A DNA stretch of 64,000 nt from Sphingomonadales bacterium. Lineage in GTDB: Bacteria > Bacteroidota > Bacteroidia > NS11-12g > UBA955. A program made the translations under genes and the position numbers. The DNA lies in NCBI GenBank assembly GCA_016872175.1, contig VHBA01000006.1, positions 5,042 to 69,041 of the forward strand, in the 5' to 3' direction. Under the pieces are notes generated by a model. That model worked only from the letters and a program-made list of their open reading frames with translations, had not been told where the DNA came from and did no database searches. Below, in pieces: positions 9,362 through 21,000 of this stretch (positions are counted from its first letter, which is position 1; every line of letters starts with the position of its first letter).

Positions 9362-11914
9362 ATGAAAACCAACAAAGATTTCCTCAAACAGGCAGGTATT
9401 TTTCTGCTTTTCCTCATTGGTTTTTGGTTGCTATCAGTCATTTTTCTTTGGCCTGCCACGCAGGATAAAGCCCTACAACAGGGTGATATGCAGCAGGTTC
9501 GCATGATGGTGGATGCTGCCAACAAACACGCCGATACTTTCGGGGTAAAGCCCAATTGGAATGACCGCCTTTTTTCGGGCATGCCTTCCAACCTTATTAC
9601 GGGTATACCCACCGGAAATTTACTCTTGAAACTTAGGCCTCTTGAATTATTTCTGCTTGTAAAGGGGCCGTTCAATTTTCTGTTTGTTGCCATGCTCAGC
9701 ATGTTTGTGCTGCTTCTATCCTGTAATGTAAACCGATGGTTATCTGCAGCGGGTGCTATTGGCTACGCTTTCATGACGTTTTCCATAAGTTCATACGAGG
9801 CCGGCCACATCACCAAAGTGCTCGCAACCGATGTAATGCCCGGAATGCTGGCAGGATTGGTATTGATTACCCGACGTAAATACCTCCTTGGCGCCGGTGT
9901 GCTTGGTGTTTTCTTCGCCATGCTGGTGGGTTATTTTCACTACCAGATTGCCTATTACGCGGGGATTGTAGCCGGTATTTATTTGCTGATAGAAATGATT
10001 ATGGCCCTCAAAGCCGGTGAAATTAAGCATGCGGCTATTGCAACAGGACTGTCCGTGTTAATGCTCGGCATGGGAGCGGCTACCAATATTGGCAAAGCTA
10101 TCGATACGGCCCGTTACAGTGAAGCTACCATGCGTGGAGGAAGTGCAGTTGCCAGCGAGGTTCCAACCAAAGATGGTCCCAAAAATCAGGTAGGCAGAAA
10201 AGGTCTTGATATTGATTATGCTTTTTCGTGGAGCTATGGTATTGATGAATCCATGACCCTGCTGATACCCGGATACATGGGCGGAAGTAGCAATGAAAGA
10301 GTTTCCAATGAAGATGGTGATCAGCAGGATAGGGCACCGCTTTACCATGGTGATTTACAGTTTACTTCAGGCCCCATCTACATTGGTGCTGTTTTTATAT
10401 TTTTATTCTTACTTGGCACAGTAGCCGTTCTACGTTATCTCAAAACCGAAAATGTGGATTCCAAAGAAAAAACAGTAGCCCTAACATTGCTCGTATTTAG
10501 TTTGGTAACTGTAGCGGTTTCACTTATGCTGGCATGGGGAAGATACCTTGGATTGAATGAATGGCTGTTTAACCACCTGCCCTATTACAATAAGTTCCGT
10601 ACACCCATGATGGCGCTGGTTATTGCACAGATGACAATTCCGTTTTTCGGACTGTATGGCCTGCAAATGCTACTTTCTGACCGTTTTAATGAAACAGATA
10701 AAAAACAGATATGGAAAGTATCAGCTATTGCTACAGGAGCGCTGATGGCCATTGCCGCACTGATGCTGTCATCCGAGGATTTCAAAGGAGCTGAGGACAA
10801 GGATATTCTTAAACAGGCTACACAGCAAGCCATGCAATCCGGACAAAACGAAACCTCAGCGATGGCTTATGCTTCTGATTATATTAAACAAATTGTTGAT
10901 ATGCGTTCTTCACTGGCTTGGGGAGATTGGAGACGGAGCTTGTTTCTAATTGTTTTGGCTGCCGCATTAATTTGGTTTACTGCGCTTAAAAACAAAAACC
11001 GCGAACTGCTATGGATTGGCATGCTGGCACTTGTTTCTTTTGATTTAATGGGGGTTGCCAAACGCTATCTAACAGAAGATAACTGGCAGGATAAAGAGAC
11101 GGAAATGGCCATTGAACCTACTGCTAAGGAGCTTCAGTTAATGGCAAACAATAAAGATAACAAACGTGTGTTTGATTTGCGATACAATCCTTTCAATGAT
11201 AACCACGCAGCACCTTTCTTTCGCAATGTAGGCGGTTACCATCCGGCCAAACTAAGCCGGTATCAGGATATTATCAGTTATTGCATTACGCCAAATGGTG
11301 GACAGCTGAGCAGCGACTGGGTTTTCAAAAACAATGCCCTTGATATGCTGAACTGTGGTTACATTCTGTCGGGCGGGCAGGGCGGTGATGAGGATTATTC
11401 GCGCGCTACAGCTTTGGGTCACGCCTGGTTTGTTCCAACTGTTAAGGAAGTTGCAGATCCTAAAACCGCCCTGTTGGAAATTAACAATAACCCGGCTAAC
11501 AGGCAGGTAGTTGTGGAAGCCTCTGAAAAGCTGAAACCTGCCTCAAAAACCTATGCTACCGATTCTGCCGATATCATAAAGCAAACCCATTATTCATTCG
11601 ATACACTTAAATATGAATCTGTTTCCAAGGCCAATGGGCTGGCGGTTTTCAGCGAGGTTTATTATAACGAGAAAAACGGAAGCTGGAAAGCCTATGTAGA
11701 CGGCAAGGAAACTCCTGTATTGCGGGTAAACTACATATTGAGAGCAGCGGAAATACCTGCAGGTAAGCATAAAATAGAACTTATGTATGTTCCGGCCAAT
11801 CGAAGCATGTTAAAAAACATTGAAACAGCTACATCGGCATCTATGCTGCTAGTTGTGTTGGCTGCACTGGGGCTGATGGCGATGCGCAGGGATGAAGATG
11901 GCCTGAAATCTTAA
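9362..11914 (+). CDS. YfhO-like large polytopic membrane protein (putative GT-C glycosyltransferase)
   Basis: About 850 aa with many TM helices. The N-terminal pattern (QQGDMQQVRMM...WNDRLFSGMPSNL) is typical of Bacteroidota YfhO-family proteins. Start trimmed to MKTNKDF. Confidence 0.7.
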   Translation: MKTNKDFLKQAGIFLLFLIGFWLLSVIFLWPATQDKALQQGDMQQVRMMVDAANKHADTFGVKPNWNDRLFSGMPSNLITGIPTGNLLLKLRPLELFLLVKGPFNFLFVAMLSMFVLLLSCNVNRWLSAAGAIGYAFMTFSISSYEAGHITKVLATDVMPGMLAGLVLITRRKYLLGAGVLGVFFAMLVGYFHYQIAYYAGIVAGIYLLIEMIMALKAGEIKHAAIATGLSVLMLGMGAATNIGKAIDTARYSEATMRGGSAVASEVPTKDGPKNQVGRKGLDIDYAFSWSYGIDESMTLLIPGYMGGSSNERVSNEDGDQQDRAPLYHGDLQFTSGPIYIGAVFIFLFLLGTVAVLRYLKTENVDSKEKTVALTLLVFSLVTVAVSLMLAWGRYLGLNEWLFNHLPYYNKFRTPMMALVIAQMTIPFFGLYGLQMLLSDRFNETDKKQIWKVSAIATGALMAIAALMLSSEDFKGAEDKDILKQATQQAMQSGQNETSAMAYASDYIKQIVDMRSSLAWGDWRRSLFLIVLAAALIWFTALKNKNRELLWIGMLALVSFDLMGVAKRYLTEDNWQDKETEMAIEPTAKELQLMANNKDNKRVFDLRYNPFNDNHAAPFFRNVGGYHPAKLSRYQDIISYCITPNGGQLSSDWVFKNNALDMLNCGYILSGGQGGDEDYSRATALGHAWFVPTVKEVADPKTALLEINNNPANRQVVVEASEKLKPASKTYATDSADIIKQTHYSFDTLKYESVSKANGLAVFSEVYYNEKNGSWKAYVDGKETPVLRVNYILRAAEIPAGKHKIELMYVPANRSMLKNIETATSASMLLVVLAALGLMAMRRDEDGLKS

Positions 11915-11925
11915 AAGCGGTTTGC

Positions 11926-12678
11926 GTGCCGATTTTTTCCGTTATTACCATCAATTACAATAACCTACGCGGGTTAAAACGCACGTATGAAAGTGTGCAA
12001 AACCAGACCGCACGCGGGCAAATACAATGGATTGTGGTGGACGGCAACAGCAGCGACGGCAGTGCAGATTTTTTGCGTGAAAATAGCCAAAATATCGATT
12101 TGCTGGTGATTGAGCCTGACAAAGGCTTGTACGATGCCATGAATAAAGGCCTGCACCTTGCAGAATCGCCCTACGTTTGGTTCATGAATAGTGGTGATGT
12201 TATTTATACCAATGATGTGGCTGAAAAGCTTTTATTACTGGCCAAAACTGAACCTGACGTGATATTCGGCGACACCATGTTTGTGCATGAAAGTGGCCGT
12301 GATATTGGTTTAATCAGCAAGCTTAAACCCCAGCGGTTTCCGGAAAAGCTGGATAAGTGGTCATTCCGATTTGGCATGAACCTCTGCCACCAAAGTTTTA
12401 TTGCCAAAAAAGCCATTTGCCCGGATTACGACCTACAATACCGGCAAGCAGCCGATGTAGACTGGATTATTCGGATACTAGGTAAAAATCCCTCGAATAT
12501 TAGGTTTGACGGCGTGATTGCCGGTTTCGAAACCGGTGGCAGCAGTGCACAACACGAAAAGAAAGCATGGAAGGAGCGTTTTGCCGTATTGTCGAAGCAT
12601 TATGGATTTTTGCCGAATTGCATTAACCACTGCTGGATAGTTTTACGAAGATTATTGTTTAATTTGAAGATTCGATGA
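11926..12678 (+). CDS. family 2 glycosyltransferase
   Basis: FSVITINYNN...VVDGNSSDGS...DKGLYDAMNKG, the GT2 (GT-A fold) signature. GTG start 11 nt after the upstream stop. Confidence 0.85.
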   Translation: MPIFSVITINYNNLRGLKRTYESVQNQTARGQIQWIVVDGNSSDGSADFLRENSQNIDLLVIEPDKGLYDAMNKGLHLAESPYVWFMNSGDVIYTNDVAEKLLLLAKTEPDVIFGDTMFVHESGRDIGLISKLKPQRFPEKLDKWSFRFGMNLCHQSFIAKKAICPDYDLQYRQAADVDWIIRILGKNPSNIRFDGVIAGFETGGSSAQHEKKAWKERFAVLSKHYGFLPNCINHCWIVLRRLLFNLKIR

Positions 12679-13433
12679 GCAACACCGCGCGGGTAGATAA
12701 AAGCATGTTTGAGGAGTCTCATTACCTGGGCAAACCCGCCGATGCCGACGACCTGATCGTACAGCGTCGTTTGCGTATTTTGTACAATATCCCCAGTTTT
12801 ATCGGTAAAGACCTGGATTTGCTGGAGATTGGCTGTGGCAATGGCAATACGCTGTTGCAGCTTTCTTCGGAGTTTAAAAGTACAGTAGGCCTTGAGTACA
12901 ATGAAGTCCATAAAGCAGAATTTGAGCAACTTAAACAACAACTCAACCTACAGGGTGCAGAATTTCAGGTTTGGGATATCATGGAAGAGCCTTTCACCCC
13001 TCAGGCAGACCGGCTGTTGAGTTTTGAGGTGATAGAGCATTTGCCTTCGGAAGAGGGTGTTGCCAATTATGCGGCAAGCCTGAAACAGGGTGGCCTGGCG
13101 GCATTTAGCGTGCCCAATAAATGTTGGATTTTTGAAACCCACGGAGCCCGTTTGCCATTATTGCCCTGGAACCGTGTGCCTTTCTTCTCATGGCTTCCAA
13201 CACCCTTACACGAACGTTGGGCCAATGCACGTATTTATACAAAAAGAAGAATAAAAAAATTGCTCGAAAAACATGGGTTTGAAGTATTGGATATGCAGTA
13301 TGTAATGGCTCCTATGGATGTTATCCGATGGAAACCCTTGCAACAACTTCTCAGAAAATACGTTTTTAATTCGGATACCACCCGCATTCCCTTTAAATCT
13401 GTGAGTATCTTTGTAACCGCACGCAAGAAATAA
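12675..13433 (+). CDS. class I SAM-dependent methyltransferase
   Basis: Motif I LLEIGCGNGNTLL plus a post-I acidic residue (GLEYN). ATGA start/stop overlap with the GT2 gene. Confidence 0.8.
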   Translation: MSNTARVDKSMFEESHYLGKPADADDLIVQRRLRILYNIPSFIGKDLDLLEIGCGNGNTLLQLSSEFKSTVGLEYNEVHKAEFEQLKQQLNLQGAEFQVWDIMEEPFTPQADRLLSFEVIEHLPSEEGVANYAASLKQGGLAAFSVPNKCWIFETHGARLPLLPWNRVPFFSWLPTPLHERWANARIYTKRRIKKLLEKHGFEVLDMQYVMAPMDVIRWKPLQQLLRKYVFNSDTTRIPFKSVSIFVTARKK

Positions 13434-13435
13434 TC

Positions 13436-15016
13436 ATGAAATTTTATATATCACTATTTATCCTGCTTTCTACTGCAGGAACAGCACTGTGCCAGTCAGC
13501 ATCAAAAAAAGAAAATGCATCTTCAAAACTCTGGTATCAGCAGGCTTTCAACAAGAAAAAGAACTTCAGCATCAAGCTGGACAAGGCCTATAAGCTGGTT
13601 GATAAATTAAACCCCACCGAAATTGTGGTGGCTGTTATTGATGGCGGTACAGACCCTCATCACCCTGATTTGCAAGCCAATATGTGGCACAATCCCAAAG
13701 AGATTCCTTTTAACAATCTCGATGAGGACAACAACGGCTATACCGATGATACGGTAGGTTGGAACTTTATTGGTGGCAAGGACGGTAAAATGGTGGGTTG
13801 CGACAACCTTGAAATCGTTCGTTTGGTTCGTGAGCAAGCCAAAGAATTTGAAGGTTTTAAAGCAGAGGGTAACCCGGATAAACGCATGGTTGCACGCTAC
13901 GAAAACTACCTGAAAATGAGGCAGGATGTGGAGGATAATAAAGAAAAATATTCCAAGCAGCTTGAACGTATTAAACCCATTTTGGATACCATGGAAAATA
14001 TTTTGAAAAACATGGGAACCGACAATCCAACCGATGCACAGGTTCAGGCATACGAACCCAAAGGCCTCATGGAAACGATTATCTTGGGTCTGCTCAAGAA
14101 AAATAACATGTCTTTTTCAGACCTTATGAAAGGATTAAATGAGCAGGTAAAACAAATTGAAGTAAGGGCCAATTGCCAGTATAATCTTGATTATGATCCA
14201 CGCTCGATTGTCGGAGATGATTACGGCAATGCCAATGAGAGATTTTATGGCAACAACAGTGTAGCCGGACCTGACGCATTTCATGGAACACATGTGGCGG
14301 GCATTATCGCTGCGGTGCGCGGAAATGGCATTGGCGTTGAAGGTGTTGCCTCCAAAGCTAAAATCATGGTTGTACGCGTTGTTCCGGATGGTGATGAGCG
14401 CGATAAGGATGTAGCCAATGGCATTCGCTATGCTGTGGACAATGGCGCTAAAATCATCAATATGAGTTTTGGTAAGGGTTATTCCTACAATAAGCAGGTT
14501 GTGAATGAAGCTGTTGAATACGCTTCCAAAAAAGGCGTATTGCTGGTGCATGCCGCAGGGAACAGCAGCAACGACAATGATGCCATTGCCAATTATCCCA
14601 ATGATTCTCTTGTTGGCGGACGCTTTGCCGAAACATGGATAGAAGTAGGTGCAAGCCGGCAAGCCAGTAAGGAGTTACCAACAGATTTCAGCAACTACGG
14701 AAAGCAAAACGTGGATTTGTTTGCCCCCGGTTATGAAATTTATAGCACTACGCCCAATAACGGATACGAAAACGCAAACGGCACCAGCATGGCTTCGCCC
14801 GTAGTAGCCGGTGTGGCAGCCTTGGTTTGGAGCTGCTATCCCAATCTTACCGCTGTTCAGGTGAAAGACGTTTTGATGAAAAGCGTTACGAAATACAAGG
14901 GTAAAGTAGTTTTACCCGGCACCGAGTCAGATAAAGTTAAATTCTCTGATTTATCTATTTCAGGAGGCGTGGTAAACGCTGAAATGGCGCTGAAATTGGC
15001 CGCTGAAATAAAGTAA
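13436..15016 (+). CDS. S8 (subtilisin-like) serine peptidase, secreted
   Basis: Catalytic triad contexts VAVIDGGTD (Asp), HGTHVAGIIAA (His) and GTSMASPVVAGVAAL (Ser). Signal peptide present. Start is 2 nt after the upstream stop. Confidence 0.9.
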   Translation: MKFYISLFILLSTAGTALCQSASKKENASSKLWYQQAFNKKKNFSIKLDKAYKLVDKLNPTEIVVAVIDGGTDPHHPDLQANMWHNPKEIPFNNLDEDNNGYTDDTVGWNFIGGKDGKMVGCDNLEIVRLVREQAKEFEGFKAEGNPDKRMVARYENYLKMRQDVEDNKEKYSKQLERIKPILDTMENILKNMGTDNPTDAQVQAYEPKGLMETIILGLLKKNNMSFSDLMKGLNEQVKQIEVRANCQYNLDYDPRSIVGDDYGNANERFYGNNSVAGPDAFHGTHVAGIIAAVRGNGIGVEGVASKAKIMVVRVVPDGDERDKDVANGIRYAVDNGAKIINMSFGKGYSYNKQVVNEAVEYASKKGVLLVHAAGNSSNDNDAIANYPNDSLVGGRFAETWIEVGASRQASKELPTDFSNYGKQNVDLFAPGYEIYSTTPNNGYENANGTSMASPVVAGVAALVWSCYPNLTAVQVKDVLMKSVTKYKGKVVLPGTESDKVKFSDLSISGGVVNAEMALKLAAEIK

Positions 15017-15052
15017 ATAAAATGCTGATTCTAAAATTATTAGCCGTAAAAT

Positions 15053-15082
15053 TTTGGTTTTAAGGCTTGTTTGATATATTTG
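15053..15082 (+). promoter_or_regulatory. Bacteroidota sigma-A type promoter (TTTG-N18-TATATTTG) for the giant adhesin gene
   Basis: TTTG at 15053-15056 and TATATTTG (TAnnTTTG consensus) at 15075-15082. The ATG at 15090 is only 7 nt after the -7 box, which implies a near-leaderless mRNA. Confidence 0.5.
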
Positions 15083-15089
15083 TGCTACC

Positions 15090-18000
15090 ATGCACAAATA
15101 TGCATCGCGCATACTTGTTTTTTTAGTGGCGTTTTGCTTTGCAGAAGCCCTATCAGCGCAGGGCAATAAACTGAGTATTGTGGGTTCTGCCCCCAAAAAC
15201 ATGACCATTTGTGGTCTTACGGACACTGCGCGGGTTACTGTTCTTAACATCAGCAGTTCTGCCGTCAATGGCAATTTAGTTACACTTTCCATGCCAACCG
15301 GAATGCGCTATGTACCCGGATCAGCAACTGGAACCGGGGTGGCTGAAAGTAACATTACCAACCTCAACAGGCCCATATTCTCTGCTCCCAACCTTGCCAT
15401 AGGCAAAAACTTCACATTCCGCTACCGCGTTAGGGCCAATTGTGATATGATACCGGTGGTAAGCGGTCCATCCAATCCCAGTATCAGCATTCGCGTTGAC
15501 TACACCGGCAATTTTGATGCGGCTTTGTCACTGCCATTCACATCAGCTGTGCCATCTCTGGGTTATAACATTATTACTAATCAGACCTTCATCGGCAATG
15601 TGGGAGATAAGTTTGTGCGCCGCGTTACCTTGACCAATTTTGGGAAAGGCCCTCTCCTGAATTTGCGCCTGGTCCGCGTGAAAGGCAAGGATCTGACCCT
15701 TAGGTCTGAAGGAGGTTTCAGCCACCGATACAATTTGGATTCCGTTATTACCACCATTACCAAAACCGATATTCAGAAGGTGGGCAATAAAGATACCTTT
15801 CTGGATCAGAACGAGAGTATTGCATTTTCGGATACTTTCACTATCACCGGTTGCATATCGCTGATTACCAGCTATGACCTGACCTGGGGCTGTGATGGTA
15901 AATTTTGTCAGGTGGTGAAAAATACTGCCACCACGGCTATCAGCACGGCAAGTCCCAACCTACAGGTGGTTATTAGCAGCAGTGTTCAGCCTGTTTACAA
16001 CAACACAACGGCGAGTAAATTCACCATGCGCATTGCAAACATAGGGCAAATGACAGCGATGGCTTCCGATGCCTTGATTTTTCAGACATTGAGTCCCGGT
16101 GTCGGTTTTTATAATTATGTGATGTCACGCATCGATTCAACAAGCATCCGACTACAAAAGGGCTGGAATGGTTTTACAAACCGTGCATATACCGATACTT
16201 TTTTATCCAATGCAATAACACCCTGCTGGTCAACAGGCAGTATGGGCGGTTTTAGGCTCAGATTGGGCAACATGCAACCAAAAGATACTGTTTATATTAC
16301 CTGGGATGTGTATCGCTGCGTTAATACAAACTGCAACACCAGTACTTATGAATTAGGTTGGGGTTACAGAGCATCGTACAGAAACCAATGCAACAACACA
16401 TTGAGTACTGGAAATCAATGGACTGTTGGATATACATATTCAGGTGGCGTTGTTGCGCCATACACCCCAGCGGATCTCCAGCAAAACGAAGTGAAGCCAT
16501 TTCGCTACTCTTTCAGCGGCATGGGAAATCTTCCGTTGCACAGCAGCGCTGCCATTCGCATTGATCTGGTATTGCCGAATACCCTAACGCACAGCCTTAC
16601 CAAAACAGATTTTTATATTGATAATCCCAACCTAACTGCCATTTGGTATCCGGACAGCCTGAAGATGGTAAAAGACACCCTAAGGGCGTTTATGGGCCGC
16701 AGCATGGTTTTCTGGCTAACCAATTCTGAGTTGACCGTAAGGTTGAAAGGTGTATGTTCCACCGGAAGTAATAATAGCAACCTGCCGCTAACCCTTATTT
16801 ATGCCTACAACCCCAACACCAGCGCCCATCCGAATCTATGGATAAAACCAATATGTAACACAGTCAATGTGAAAGTACACTGCAGTAATATTTGTAACCG
16901 TGGCGGGATGCTTTTCCGCAATTTTGAATTGTACCGAAGCAACTACGGCCGTCCTGACAATGACAACAATGGTTTGCCCGACGTTTCCGGAAGTATTGAT
17001 AAACTAAAAATCCGCACAGAAAGGATAATGTTTGGTGATACGTTGACTACAATCTTTAGGGGCAGACCCAGAAATGCTTCAGGCATTACGAGCTGGCGCT
17101 ACGGCTATGCTGAATCCGTTGTTACCAATGGCGATTATATCACAGTGGTGGATGCAAAACTGGAGGTTCATAAAGGCATAACCAAAGTGTCCGGTAATTG
17201 CGGTGCTGTTAAATGGAGAAAGGTAAGCAGCGGCACAAATGCCACATTTTATTTTGATTTTACAGTAGATAGTATCTGGCGTGGAGGCTGTTTAACCTCC
17301 ATATACCGATACACCCAAAATGACAGTGTGACCCTAACAGTCCGCTATAAAGTTGATAAAAACCGCGGGCAAACTGCGCAGCCCATGAATTTTAGCAACC
17401 GTTTTTACCTTGCATCTGCCGCAAATCCTACGCTGTCTCAGTCTTACCAATGCGATACCTTTTCGGGTAATTGTATTTTAAATGGTTATATATTCCACAA
17501 TTGGGGAAGTGACTATATCACCTATGCAAGTTGTAATGAAGTTGCTGTAGCCCAGAATTTTTACTTTGGAATTGGAAATTGCTGCAATTATGGTGGCGGA
17601 AATATTTTTCCTTTTGAATACCGTAGCTGGGGCAGACCCATTGCCATGAAACTGACCATGTCATCTGGTCTGAAACTTGGCAGATCCAGTTTCATTCAAT
17701 ACAGGACTGCCGGAACTAACAATACAGTTACCGAACGTAAAGACACCATTCCATTCCGTAAGGGGAGTACCTACTGGTTCGATTTTACCAAGTATTACAA
17801 AGACTCGGGTGGCACTGTCAACTTTAGCGATGATGGGTTTCACGGCACATTTTGGTACACGGTTTATCCAACCTGTGACCTGATACCCTATGTTGCGTAT
17901 CCTATTCAGTATGATTACGTATATGAAAAGCGAGGCGCTCTGGGCAAAGGCTATGATACTGTAAGGTCTCAGAGCATGAGAACCCCTGATTTCTTCACTT

Positions 18001-21000
18001 TTGCACCACCCAAATTCACCCTGCAGACTGCTTTACCCATTGTTTATGGAACCAAAGATACCGTAGAATGGGAGGTGAGATATACAAACCCATCAACTAC
18101 CTTTACCGCCAACACCATTTGGCTTTCACCTGCCAAAAACAGCAATATCAGGGTAGTGCAGATTCGGGACTGGGTAAAAGATACCATCATTAAACCCGTA
18201 AACGATATTTACCGGGCAGGCTCACTGCCTGCGGGTCAAACGCGCCGTTTCAAAGTCAGGGCGGTTTTTAGTAATTGTACCCCTGACAGCCTGCTGTTAT
18301 TTGGTGGATGGAACTGCCAGACATATCCCACCGATTTTACCTCCAATACCTGTGTGCCTGTTGCAACCAAACTATACCTGGAGCCACTAAATACGCGATT
18401 AAATCTTACCCTCACGGATTCGCTCAGCAAATTCGATCTCTGTTATCCCAACCGTATGACGCTGGTGATAGACAATGTACAGTCTGTTACTGCGCATCAG
18501 CTAAAGGTACGGATTGCCCTGCCCATCGGTATGGATATTATTTCTGGCAACAATTTTATCCGTTACCCCCACAAATCAGCTGCAGTGAAACTGAGCAATC
18601 CCACACTGCTCGCAGGCACAACCTGGGAATGGGACCTCGCCAAACTCATGTCCGGTTTGTCTGCAGGATTTCCCGGAACCATTGATACCAATAAAAACAA
18701 GATTATCATAACCTTCAGGGTAAAAACCAACTGCGATTATGCATCAGGCAGTTTTATTTCAGCCAGGGCCTCATCCAATATCCGCTGTGGAGATCCCGTG
18801 CCTGCCAATACTTCCTACACCAATCCGCTGGAAATAAAAGGCGTGGTCAAAACCCTGTACACGCAGGTAAAAAACTGGACAGATTCCATTTTGCCCTGCG
18901 AAAAACCGGCCATTTCCAAAATCAGGGTGATTGTTCTGGGTCCGCGGGAGATGGATTCCAACGACAGGGTTGAAGTGATTTTGCCATCAGGCATTTCCAG
19001 GGATACATCCTATTTCAAGGCGGTCAGAAATGCGCCCAATAAAGATTCAGTTAAGGTCAGCAATTTCAATGGAGCGACACTTCTTTCCTGGCCTGCCACT
19101 CGCAAACTCCAACCGGGAGATTCTCTGGAATTTGATATCCGTTTGTTGTCGAATGGTGCCCAGCTCAACTGTGGTACGGCCGATATTCTGTCTCGAACGG
19201 TTGTCAGCCAAAATGTTGAATGTGTTCCCGAAAATAGAATTTGCAATATAAAAATCGTGACAGGTTCCGTCCTTACTGCCCCGGCAGTAGATAAAGGTAA
19301 CCTCCAGTTTACGGGCATCAGCATCAGTGCCGCCCGCCTGCTGAATTCCGATACCGAACAGGTAGTTGTGAAATTCGGAATTAAAAACCTTGGTAAATAT
19401 ACCAGCAGTGCCACACCCATTGTAGTACGCTATCATTACGACAATGACGGCAATGGTAAATGGAGTACCGGCGATCTTCGGCTGGGAGCGGACACCATAC
19501 GCAAAACGCTGAAAAAAGATTCTCTTTTGACGGTGTCTCGGACATTGAAGATAAGGGCCGGACAAAGCTGTGCCATACTGGCTGTGATAGACAGCGCTGC
19601 CTGTGCCTGTAAATTCGGGCAGACAATCTTCCCTGCGGCGTATTACCCCAATGCGGGCCGTGATACTTCGTTCTGTTCGGGGTCGCCCTGGCGGCTGGGA
19701 ACCCTTACCTCCAAGTGGTATAAATACAGCTGGGATAGAATCGATCTGCTGGATAGTTTTCAAATCGGGAATCCAGTCTATAAGCCCATAAATACGGGAA
19801 ATAACCCCGATACATTGTTCTTTATGCTAACCACAAACCGCGGGGTTTGCAGCTCAAAGGATACAGTGCGGCTTATTGTACAGTCGTTGCCCACGGTGGT
19901 TTTCAGCAATAAATCCATAAATATCTGTGAGGGCGCCTCTTCTGCATTGTCCAATTCGGTAAATGGGGGATTTTCGCCCTACAAATGCCGGTGGACGCCG
20001 GCAACAGGGTTGTCGGATACAACCGCTCCCATTCCTGTGGCGAAACCCAAAACAGACACACGCTATACCCTTCGGATTACCGATAAACTGGGCTGTGTGC
20101 AATCGGATACCATGCGCATTTCCGTCAATCCCAAGCCGGTGGCAAGCTTCTTCTGGCCGGTTACCTGCGACGGAAGGCCTGTGGTGGTTTCAGACAGCAG
20201 CCGTATTCTGCGCGATACCATTGTAAGCCGCCTCTGGAGTGCAACCGGTTTTGATACTTTCGGATTAAAGGTGTTGAACTTTAACATGAATGGCCTGTCC
20301 CGCCTGCCACTGACACTGATGGTATATTCCAACAAAGGCTGCGGCGATACCCTTACAAGAACTTTGGATGTAAAGGCCATACCCAAAGTGGCTTTCAGTA
20401 TCCCTTACGTTTGCAATGGTGATTCTAGTCGTTTTGCCAACCAAACCACCCTCGACAGCGGAGTTATTACTGCCTGGGGCTGGGACTTTGGAGACGGTAA
20501 AACATCCACCGTGAAAAATCCTGTGCACCGCTACGTCGATACAGGAATACGAACCGTAATGCTGGCAGCCCAAAGCAACAATGGGTGTGCCGATACCATC
20601 CGCAAAACGTCAAGGGTATTCCCGGTTCCATCGGCAGCATTCACCTTTATCAACGTCTGCTCCGGCGATTCCTTCGCTTTTGCCGATGCATCCAAACTCT
20701 TTGGCGATACCCTGAAAACGCGCAACTGGAATCTGGGTACCATGGGAACAGCCACGGACAGCAGTTTCAAACGCATGGTCAAAACGTGGGGAAAATATCC
20801 CGTTTCGTTGCGTATTGAAACCATTCATGGCTGTAAAAATGCAGCCTCAGACACCGCCAGGGTTTATCCTTTACCAATACCTTCATTCACCGCCGATTCT
20901 GTTTGCGAAGGGCTAACCACTAAATTCATCAATACTGCCAAAATTCCACAAGGAAGCATTGCTACATACAATTGGCAATTTGGCGACGGCAATATATCCG

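Noticed and set aside
9271-9702. 143-aa minus-strand ORF overlapping the YfhO-like gene start
   Set aside because: It is antisense to the membrane-protein gene and has Arg/Ser/Cys-rich junk composition.
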